A stretch of DNA of 62,514 nucleotides, filler included. It is 3 parts of 3 records of this genome, joined end to end, with 100 filler letters (N's around TTAATTAATTAA, not from the genome) between each part and the next. Parts side by side here need not be neighbours in the genome. Positions count along the whole stretch, not along the records: positions 1 to 21,247 come from SRR31156797_4416; positions 21,348 to 50,777 come from SRR31156797_4422; 1 more part is not named here. One strand, 5' to 3'. This document shows, one piece after another, positions 19,202 to 26,634 of this stretch. Made by a program: the position numbers and the translations under genes. Each line of letters begins with the position of its first letter. The stretch's first letter is position 1. The notes below the pieces were generated by a model. It saw nothing but the letters and a program-made list of their open reading frames with translations. It had not been told where the DNA came from and did not search any database.

Positions 19202-19216
19202 TTTGGGATTCCCAAA
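19202..19216. promoter_or_regulatory. Palindromic operator candidate upstream of the Mo enzyme
   Basis: TTTGGGA-T-TCCCAAA just downstream of a minus-strand -10-like TGTGGTAAAT. Confidence 0.45.
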
Positions 19217-19399
19217 GCTATTTACCACACCACTTCAGAAGAATAAAAGGCCCCATTTTTTATGCCGGATAATCCTGCTCTCCCTGGCCCGCTTCCCCGG
19301 TCCTACCTGCATGGGGTCGGGGCAATCACCCCCTGTGATGTGAACAAGGCCGTGGCCGTATTCCACAAGACATTGCGACATTGGGCAACATTGTCCAGT

Positions 19400-19870
19400 T
19401 CACAGCAGGCTCTTCAATACATTTACCACGGCGTTTTTTTTGTTCAGCAGAACGGCCTTCACCACCTGATCTTTAAAACCGAGAATATCCCCCATCAACA
19501 GGGAATCGACATCCAGCCTGCAAATGAGAACCCGCGCGCCCTGTCTCTTCTGAAGGAACGCCAATTCGCGATAAAAGCGAGGGGACCCATCATTTGCCGC
19601 AATCAGCAATCTTGATACGCGGTCGCCTACGCTGTCAATTTTCCGTAATCCGCGCAGTTCATTTGCCAGCGCCTTTGCGATCGCCTCATACCCGATAATG
19701 AGTTCACCAACGGATTTCGCATGGAAAATATTCGTGCGCAATTTCGGCGTCAATTTCAAAAGAGGAATAGATATTGCCGAATCGCCATAAAGCGCAACGC
19801 TCTCCTCTTCCAATGCCGCGCGAACATCCGGCTCAACACCTTCCTTTTCCAACTGTTTGGGTAGTTTCAT
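19400..19870 (-). CDS. Hypothetical protein, probable divergent L7Ae/YlxQ-like fold
   Basis: GELIIGYEAIAKAL / RLLIAANDGS / LMGDILG..VKAVLL resemble L7Ae-family segments; ATG 19870 preferred. Confidence 0.6.
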   Translation of the reverse strand: MKLPKQLEKEGVEPDVRAALEEESVALYGDSAISIPLLKLTPKLRTNIFHAKSVGELIIGYEAIAKALANELRGLRKIDSVGDRVSRLLIAANDGSPRFYRELAFLQKRQGARVLICRLDVDSLLMGDILGFKDQVVKAVLLNKKNAVVNVLKSLL

Positions 19871-19924
19871 TCCATTCCCGTACCGAATGTATTTAGAGAC
19901 GGCCGTTCCCTGTCTCACTGTTTC

Positions 19925-20329
19925 CTATCCACGATCATCTTTTCGGCGCCAAGCCTGTCGTTTCAGGTGTGCTTTAAATTCTTTGAGGACGTACTTTTCG
20001 GAAAAATCAGGATGAGAAAAATAGTTTAAGGTATTTTTGATAAAAGAATCCATCATATCTTGGAGCAACGCATCCTTTTCCCGCTCGTCGATATAGTGGC
20101 GTTCTCTTTTCTCTTGGAACCGAACGGTTTCCCCCAATGCGTTTCTGATTTCCTCAACACTGTAATTTGAAAACGGTTGATTTGTTGACCGCAAATCGGT
20201 CAGTGGAATATCGATCCGCGCAATCATTCCAACGTACCATCGATCGCCCGCCAGTTTGCGGGATATGTCATAAAAGTCCAATTTCAAACCATTACTGAGG
20301 TCAATTGTTTTCATCAATGACTGTTCCAT
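19925..20329 (-). CDS. Hypothetical protein
   Basis: 134-aa ORF with ATG start and protein-like composition, co-oriented with neighbours. Confidence 0.75.
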   Translation of the reverse strand: MEQSLMKTIDLSNGLKLDFYDISRKLAGDRWYVGMIARIDIPLTDLRSTNQPFSNYSVEEIRNALGETVRFQEKRERHYIDEREKDALLQDMMDSFIKNTLNYFSHPDFSEKYVLKEFKAHLKRQAWRRKDDRG

Positions 20330-20372
20330 TTCGTATTCACCGTTTTTGGTTGTTTGCAGCGCAAGGATGTTG

Positions 20373-20609
20373 TCATCTTTCCATAGGCCTTAAGAAAATT
20401 CTTTTGGCGGCGATGTTTCCTCTTTTGTCCGCAGGTGGTTCGGCTTTCCTGCCTTCGATCTCCATATCGCATTTACCGAATTTTCGTTTCTCTCCAGGAA
20501 TCATTGCATAGCTGTAGTTGAACCTGAGACCGTTTATCTCTCCGATGGCCGGCACCAGTACATATCCGCTTCCATGTACCTGAACGGTATGACGACTTTT
20601 CGGGCGCAA
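20373..20609 (-). CDS. Possible small hypothetical protein
   Basis: TTG-start ORF with AAAGGA upstream, filling the gap between co-oriented genes. Confidence 0.35.
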   Translation of the reverse strand: MRPKSRHTVQVHGSGYVLVPAIGEINGLRFNYSYAMIPGEKRKFGKCDMEIEGRKAEPPADKRGNIAAKRIFLRPMER

Positions 20610-20618
20610 TTACGTCCT

Positions 20619-20912
20619 TTATAAGGGTTTTCCTTTCTTGGTGACACATTCCGGGTGGCCGTATATCTGATCCGTGTTTTCGAACTGGCTTGAATACTGA
20701 TCTTTATGCTCGATCATTACTTCGGCCAACCGCTTTGCTTCTCCGGAAAGTGATTCCAGTTCTCCGGTTTTCGCTATCTTAAGATGGGCTTCCGAGCAAT
20801 TCGGACAGGCGGGACCGCATTCAATCTGGTTGTCATAAAAATACGGAATCCAGCCCTCATCGACGGCTTCTTCAATAGAGTCAACTTCTGTTCCGCAAAT
20901 AACGCATATCAT
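20619..20912 (-). CDS. Small CxxC...CxxC (zinc-ribbon-like) hypothetical protein
   Basis: MICVICG...CGPACPNC. Confidence 0.6.
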   Translation of the reverse strand: MICVICGTEVDSIEEAVDEGWIPYFYDNQIECGPACPNCSEAHLKIAKTGELESLSGEAKRLAEVMIEHKDQYSSQFENTDQIYGHPECVTKKGKPL

Positions 20913-21247
20913 AGTCTATTGCTCTCTGAAAGGCTCGCATGAAAGTTGCCTTTATTTTATGAAAATGTCAAGAAAGACCACTTGCTTTCAGTTGGTCGTC
21001 TATGCCTGAGCTATTGAAAATCCGTTTGACAATGAAGTTTATTGGCGTATGATCTGTTATCTTAAAAAAATCCGGAGATATTGAATACGTTCACGAAAAC
21101 CACAGAACAGATATCAAAATGGAAATACACCGATGTTTTGAAATCCTTGAACTCCCGATGGACCGATAGAATCCAACTCCCCCGGTTCTTTAAATAATGT
21201 ACAAACCCTTCCATGGTGGAATTGTTGACAATGAATCTCTTATTTGA

Positions 21248-21347
21248 NNNNNNNNNNNNNNNNNNNNNNNNNNNNNNNNNNNNNNNNNNNNTTAATTAAT
21301 TAANNNNNNNNNNNNNNNNNNNNNNNNNNNNNNNNNNNNNNNNNNNN
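21248..21347. other. Artificial contig spacer
   Basis: 44 N + TTAATTAATTAA (stops in all six frames) + 44 N; abrupt GC change across it. Confidence 0.98.
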
Positions 21348-21413
21348 AAGCCTTTCGCTCATTAGCAGGAGACGTTATGCTCTATTATGAGAAGCTAGTA
21401 ACAGTATACTAAT

Positions 21414-22253
21414 ATGAAAACAATTCATTTGCTAGTTTTTGGACTTTTTATTTCAATGATAGGATATAGCCAGGATAAAGTGAATGTCCAATTTTCTCCA
21501 TCTAAATTATCTCCAAAAACAACAATGTTAATACCTCATGAGGAAAATTATATTTATGAGGATTATACCTACTTTAAAAATGTTTACTGGTTAAACTATT
21601 CGGATACATTATATCAAGTAAATGATTCAATTTTATCAAGTGATTCCTTGCGAATAAATATTAGTCAGTTTAATGTCCGATATGATTTTTGTGATTCAAC
21701 GATTAATAAGATTCGAAATTCTTCATTAACCCACCGACTTTTAAAATCAATGATCAATGACTCTTGTCGAAAATATATTGGATGGGATAATAATGAGTTT
21801 AAATCCTTTCAATACAAATTAGCGATTAAGAAAGGAATTGAAGAAAGAACTTGCTCAGATACGTTTTCTTTGATTGCATATGAACGATTTGATTCCCTGG
21901 TTAATAAGATTCAAGAAATATACAAACGAAAACAAAATAGAACTAAATGGATAAAAAGTAACCCTTCAAAGGTTGATAGAATTTTCATCAGAAATTTTTT
22001 AAATGATTTTAACTACAATGAACCAGATAATGGTGCTTTTATTTACTTATTAATTGCGAAACCTGAAATCCTGATTGAAGAGATTGAATTAATTCCAGAA
22101 GATTATCAGATTATTTGGCGTATTCAAGAAATTAAATCGAATGAATGGATACCGAAAGCAATTAAAAGTTTAGAAAATACTGAAATTAGAAATAAAATTA
22201 AACGAAAAATATTAAGAAAACTAAGAAAAACTATTGCAAACAGCGGCATGTGA
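21414..22253 (+). CDS. Hypothetical secreted protein
   Basis: Bacteroidota-type signal peptide (MKTIHLLVFGLFISMIGYS/Q). Confidence 0.75.
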   Translation: MKTIHLLVFGLFISMIGYSQDKVNVQFSPSKLSPKTTMLIPHEENYIYEDYTYFKNVYWLNYSDTLYQVNDSILSSDSLRINISQFNVRYDFCDSTINKIRNSSLTHRLLKSMINDSCRKYIGWDNNEFKSFQYKLAIKKGIEERTCSDTFSLIAYERFDSLVNKIQEIYKRKQNRTKWIKSNPSKVDRIFIRNFLNDFNYNEPDNGAFIYLLIAKPEILIEEIELIPEDYQIIWRIQEIKSNEWIPKAIKSLENTEIRNKIKRKILRKLRKTIANSGM

Positions 22254-22468
22254 GCATTTTGCTTTACTGCTGGTATTGGGAAATGGGACGTTAAATAATC
22301 ATCAATAAACTTCAGCTTGCAGCCTGTCCCTATAAAATCGGGAAGCATAAATAAATTCAATTTTAAACGAGTAAAACTGTAATTTATTCAGTATTTGTTT
22401 AAATTTACTATGTTCAAATACGATAAACTATTTATTAAATTAGATAAGAAAATATAGACATTAATGAT

Positions 22469-22804
22469 ATGGAAGCAAATAAATCTAGAGTCATTACAGA
22501 CTACGAAAAGCTAAGTGATGAATTGATTGAGCAAATCAAACTGGTGTACCCTGAGGGTTTTAGTCAGCACCTTATTTCATTCAAGAATAGCAAAGGAGAG
22601 AATGTAAGTGCTTTGCGATTTGAAACTTTTGAGAAAATCTATTTGATTAGAATGACAAATCAAATGGCAGAGCAGATTATTGAGGATGATACCGATTACG
22701 ATGACGATGGCATCCTAAAATCAGGGGTCCGAGAGAAATATGAAGAAGAACATGCTGAAATTGATTATTTGTCAGAGAACGATAATTATGATGAAGATTG
22801 GTGA
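22469..22804 (+). CDS. Conserved-looking Bacteroidota hypothetical protein with acidic tail
   Basis: RVITDYEKL..YPEGF..VSALRFET..YLIRM core, then D/E-rich C-terminus. Confidence 0.8.
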   Translation: MEANKSRVITDYEKLSDELIEQIKLVYPEGFSQHLISFKNSKGENVSALRFETFEKIYLIRMTNQMAEQIIEDDTDYDDDGILKSGVREKYEEEHAEIDYLSENDNYDEDW

Positions 22805-22838
22805 AGGTAAATTTTGACCCAAACGATTTAATTTCGAC

Positions 22839-23408
22839 TTGATTATGAAGCAAAGCTACAAATATTCATCAGATGAAATAAAGCAGGTTCATCAAAACTG
22901 GGAAATGCTGGCCAATGAGTATAATGGGGAGTTTAATATGGCTGGTGTTGATGATATAGAGGAGCTTTCAGATCCAGGTTTGCGGAAGTTTGAGCTTAAA
23001 ATTCCTTTTACCAATGAAGAGTTGTGTTTATATGCTTTTGAGTTTAAACCGTTGAAAATCGGCTATATTTTTCGGATGAAAAAAGACCTGGAATTTAATC
23101 TTTATCCTGAAGATTTTTCCAAAAAGGTAGGCAAGCTATTTGGGCTTAAAGAGCACGAAATTGGCGATGCTGATTTCGATGATCGGTTCATTATCAAAGG
23201 GAATAGCAAGGAGTTTATTCAGAAGATGTTAACAGAGGAATTGAAAAAATTACTTACAGATAACCATGTACCTGTTTTTAAATTGGAGCGCAATCACGGG
23301 GTATTGGGTTTAGAATTAAATATCGCCATAAATGAACTTGATTATGACCAGTTAAAGTTGTTGGTAGAGCTTTTGAAGAAAGTTATTTTAACAATAAAAG
23401 CACATTAA
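22839..23408 (+). CDS. Hypothetical protein
   Basis: ORF with EIGDADFDDRFIIKG segment; start may be ATG 22845. Confidence 0.75.
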   Translation: MIMKQSYKYSSDEIKQVHQNWEMLANEYNGEFNMAGVDDIEELSDPGLRKFELKIPFTNEELCLYAFEFKPLKIGYIFRMKKDLEFNLYPEDFSKKVGKLFGLKEHEIGDADFDDRFIIKGNSKEFIQKMLTEELKKLLTDNHVPVFKLERNHGVLGLELNIAINELDYDQLKLLVELLKKVILTIKAH

Positions 23409-23456
23409 GATTAAGGTATAATTGGTAAGTTATTTGGAGTTTTTGGAATATCTCAA

Positions 23457-24008
23457 ATGAAAAAACTATTTATCATATTTTCATTATTGACAATAATAAG
23501 TTGTGGTTCCATCATTGATTCCGTGGTGAGTGATATAAGTACGGGAGTGTTTAAATATGCCTGGCAAGATACATGCAAAAAAGTTCTTGTAGCAAAAATT
23601 ATTGATTATAGGCAGGTTAACGGATCATTCCCCAAACAATTATCTGATTTAGATACAATTAATATTAATTCTGCTCAGCATCAAATAGCCATGAATTTAA
23701 TGCTATTGCCCGACTCAATGCAATTGGCTTCTTCTAAAAGTGATTTTGAAAAGACCTGGCAAAACAGTTGCCCTAATCAAATTGATTCTCTTTCTGTAAT
23801 TCCATACCAAAATGATTCAGTAGATGTATTTATTAAGATTGTTAAATTTAAAGTTGATTCATCCTACTCAACTTTTCTGGACAAGAGAAGATTAATTTTT
23901 GAAAATGATGCTTATACCAGTTTGAAATATCAATTAATTAATATACGGAGTTATAATAAGGATGGAAACGAAATAAATATGGGTTTTAAAATGAATCAAA
24001 AAGATTAA
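23457..24008 (+). CDS. Hypothetical lipoprotein
   Basis: MKKLFIIFSLLTIISC lipobox. Confidence 0.75.
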   Translation: MKKLFIIFSLLTIISCGSIIDSVVSDISTGVFKYAWQDTCKKVLVAKIIDYRQVNGSFPKQLSDLDTININSAQHQIAMNLMLLPDSMQLASSKSDFEKTWQNSCPNQIDSLSVIPYQNDSVDVFIKIVKFKVDSSYSTFLDKRRLIFENDAYTSLKYQLINIRSYNKDGNEINMGFKMNQKD

Positions 24009-24400
24009 TGATTATGAGGAAAAAGGGATCAATGCCGAATTATGAAACCATCGACGATTATATTGCTAATCAACCACCGGAGGTTCAAAAAGTATTGCAG
24101 GAGTTACGAAGTATTATTAAAGAAGCTGCTCCTGATGCAACCGAAATTCTAAATTATAAAGTACCGTCATTTACCTTAGTTGAAGGTGGTAAAAGAGATC
24201 AGCAAATAATGATGGCGGGATATTCAAAATTTGTTGGCTTCTATCCATTTCCAACTACCTTGGCGGCATTCTCTGATGAGCTAAAAGAGTATAAACAAGG
24301 TAAAGGTTCGGTTCAGTTCCCATTGAACAAACCGCTGCCAAAAGAGTTAATTATACGTATGGTAAAGTACCGAAAAGAAGAAATTCTGAAAGATTGGTAG
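24008..24400 (+). CDS. DUF1801 / YdhG-like protein
   Basis: TIDDYIA..LRSIIKEAAPDATE, GKGSVQFPLNKPLP. Confidence 0.85.
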   Translation: MIMRKKGSMPNYETIDDYIANQPPEVQKVLQELRSIIKEAAPDATEILNYKVPSFTLVEGGKRDQQIMMAGYSKFVGFYPFPTTLAAFSDELKEYKQGKGSVQFPLNKPLPKELIIRMVKYRKEEILKDW

Positions 24401-24439
24401 ACTGCTATCCATTAACTAATTAATGCTAAAAATACTCTT

Positions 24440-24982
24440 ATGAAAAATTTTGTCACATTTGCTCTTTTTATAATGGTCTTCTTTAGTTGCAATATACAAA
24501 CCAATAATAACAAACCCATGACAAACGATCCAAAACAAACTGATAATGTAGATTCTCAAAAAGATACAACGCCAAAGGTAACCGGTATAGGCGGAATTTT
24601 CTTCTTCTCTGAGAATCCGGAGCAAACAAAAGAATGGTATGCCAAAAACCTTGGTTTAGAAGTGAATGAATGGGGATCAAGTTTTGAATTTCGAAATGCC
24701 CACAGACCCGAAGAGATTAATTACTTGCAATGGAGTCCTTTTAAAAAGGGGAGTGAGTATTTTGAACCCTCAAAAAAGGAATTTATGATTAACTACAGGG
24801 TACAAAATATTGAAGCGCTTGTGAAAAAGTTGGAATCAAACGGTGTTACAGTGCTTGATACCATTGCAACCTATGAGTATGGGAAATTTGTACACATAAT
24901 GGATGCAGAGGGTAATAAAATAGAACTTTGGGAGCCTGTTGACAGGGTTTTTACTGAGATGGGTGGAAAAACCACGAAATAG
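24440..24982 (+). CDS. VOC (glyoxalase/bleomycin-resistance) family lipoprotein
   Basis: KVTGIGGIFF, FMINYRV, YGKFVHIMDAEGNKIELWEP; FFSC lipobox. Confidence 0.87.
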   Translation: MKNFVTFALFIMVFFSCNIQTNNNKPMTNDPKQTDNVDSQKDTTPKVTGIGGIFFFSENPEQTKEWYAKNLGLEVNEWGSSFEFRNAHRPEEINYLQWSPFKKGSEYFEPSKKEFMINYRVQNIEALVKKLESNGVTVLDTIATYEYGKFVHIMDAEGNKIELWEPVDRVFTEMGGKTTK

Positions 24983-25001
24983 TTTAAAGAAAAACAAATC
25001 C

Positions 25002-25625
25002 ATGCGTAACGAAAAAGTAGATCTCTATCTCGAAGATGGTTGTGGACGGTGTTCTTATTACAAATCACCAAAGTGTAAAGTCTATAAATGGACGGAGGAG
25101 TTGGTGCAATTGCGTAGAATTGCGCTGGAATGTGGTTTAAAAGAGGAATTGAAATGGTCTCAACCAACTTATACTTTTGATAATAAAAACATCATCATTG
25201 TTTCGGCACTAAAGAATTGTGCGGTAATGGGCTTTTTTAAAGGAGCACTTTTGAAAGATGAGCAAAAGATATTCTCATCAGCAGGTGAAAACTCTCAGGC
25301 TGTGCGCCAGTTTAGATTTACAAATGTGGAAGATATTCTAAAATTGGAAACCTCAATTAAAGAATACATATTTGAAGCAGTGGAAGTTGAAAAGGCAGGT
25401 TTAAAAATTGAGTATAAACCAAGAAATGAACCGGTACCTGAAGAACTTACCCAAATGATGAATGAAAACTCAGCATTGAAGGAGGCTTTTGAATCATTAA
25501 CACCTGGTAGACAAAGAGGCTACATTTTATATTTTTCGCAAGCTAAAAAGTCCGAAACACGCTATTCACGTATTATGAAATATATCCCGCATATTTTAAG
25601 TGGGAGAGGATTGAATGATGTGTGA
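25002..25625 (+). CDS. YdeI/OmpD-associated family protein (DUF1801 + OmdA)
   Basis: EELKWSQPTY, FFKGALLKD, AFESLTPGRQRGY, AKKSETR; ATG 25002. Confidence 0.87.
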   Translation: MRNEKVDLYLEDGCGRCSYYKSPKCKVYKWTEELVQLRRIALECGLKEELKWSQPTYTFDNKNIIIVSALKNCAVMGFFKGALLKDEQKIFSSAGENSQAVRQFRFTNVEDILKLETSIKEYIFEAVEVEKAGLKIEYKPRNEPVPEELTQMMNENSALKEAFESLTPGRQRGYILYFSQAKKSETRYSRIMKYIPHILSGRGLNDV

Positions 25626-25665
25626 AAGACAGATTCACATATTTAAGTGACAAAAGTAGTAGTGA

Positions 25666-26556
25666 TTAAGCATAATGAACTTTACCGCAACAATCTTTAA
25701 ACTTTTTACCACTATTACAAGGGCATTTGGAGTTTCGACCTATCCTGTATTTAAACATGTTTATTTTTCGGGCTGACATTTTACTTTTGAATATGTGCTC
25801 CATGGCATTGTAAAGTTCCGGATGCTTATTTTTCAATAGGGTTGGCCGTTCAAAAAAGTACTCACTTACAACTGAGAAAAACTCAGGGCGGTTTGTTCCT
25901 CCATAGGGGTTGATGTCAGATTTCTGATCATATATTTCGTCGATCTTTTTGTTTATTAGATCAATCCATGGTATTGCATATTGTTTTTCAAGTAAAAGTG
26001 ATGGAATACCATCGATTATTCCATCAGCTTTATCAATTAGGTGCACAAACTCATGAATAGCAGTATTTCTTTTGTCTGTTTCGTTTTTAAAGCCTTGTCG
26101 GAGTGCTTGTTTTGACAAAATCATTTTACCATCCAAATAACCAGTACCTACCATTCCTAAAATGGGCCGACTTGTATCTCCTGAAGTGGCAAACTTCATA
26201 TTAAAACTTGAAGGGTAAATGAGCACTTCTTTCAGGTTTGTGTATTTCCATTCATTAAAACTGAAGATTGGGATAATGGCGCTGGCAGCAACAAGCACAA
26301 GGTCCGTTGCTTCAATATCTGTATCAATTCCGGTAATTCTGGTATTGAGTAAAAACTCTTGTATTTTAAATTCAAATCGTTTCTTTTCACTATCTGAGAG
26401 TGCATTATAGAATGGCACTTCATGCATAAGTATGGTTCTCCAGTCAGATGGAAAAGGTTTTTTTGGCACTCTCCATTTCGGAGTAGTTAAACGATACCTA
26501 AAAATGGCATAAGAAGTTATAATTACTATTGTAATGATAAAAACGATTTCATCCAT
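25666..26556 (-). CDS. M90/MtfA-like zinc peptidase with C-terminal SEC-C motif
   Basis: HEFVH, YGGTNRPEFFSVVSEYFFERP, GRNSKCPCNSGKKFKDCC; TATATTTG promoter at 26587-26594. Confidence 0.85.
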   Translation of the reverse strand: MDEIVFIITIVIITSYAIFRYRLTTPKWRVPKKPFPSDWRTILMHEVPFYNALSDSEKKRFEFKIQEFLLNTRITGIDTDIEATDLVLVAASAIIPIFSFNEWKYTNLKEVLIYPSSFNMKFATSGDTSRPILGMVGTGYLDGKMILSKQALRQGFKNETDKRNTAIHEFVHLIDKADGIIDGIPSLLLEKQYAIPWIDLINKKIDEIYDQKSDINPYGGTNRPEFFSVVSEYFFERPTLLKNKHPELYNAMEHIFKSKMSARKINMFKYRIGRNSKCPCNSGKKFKDCCGKVHYA

Positions 26557-26634
26557 AGCTTTTTTCAAATTCTAATTAACTGTTCACAAATATATCACTA
26601 CTGAAATATAAAAATGACAATGAAGAATAGGTTT

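Noticed and set aside
19113-19260. Moco/Tuco riboswitch upstream of the molybdoenzyme
   Set aside because: Only a simple hairpin is visible and I could not find the conserved Moco motif elements; an Rfam scan would settle it
340-19615. Many overlapping or antisense ORFs in the track (e.g. 368-928, 3800-4513, 6281-6877, 9955-10506, 16898-18796)
   Set aside because: Shadow ORFs of well-supported genes in GC-rich DNA, with no motifs or RBS
21292-21303. TTAATTAATTAA palindrome (also 50822-50833) as a biological repeat
   Set aside because: Embedded in symmetric N-runs; a standard all-frame-stop linker
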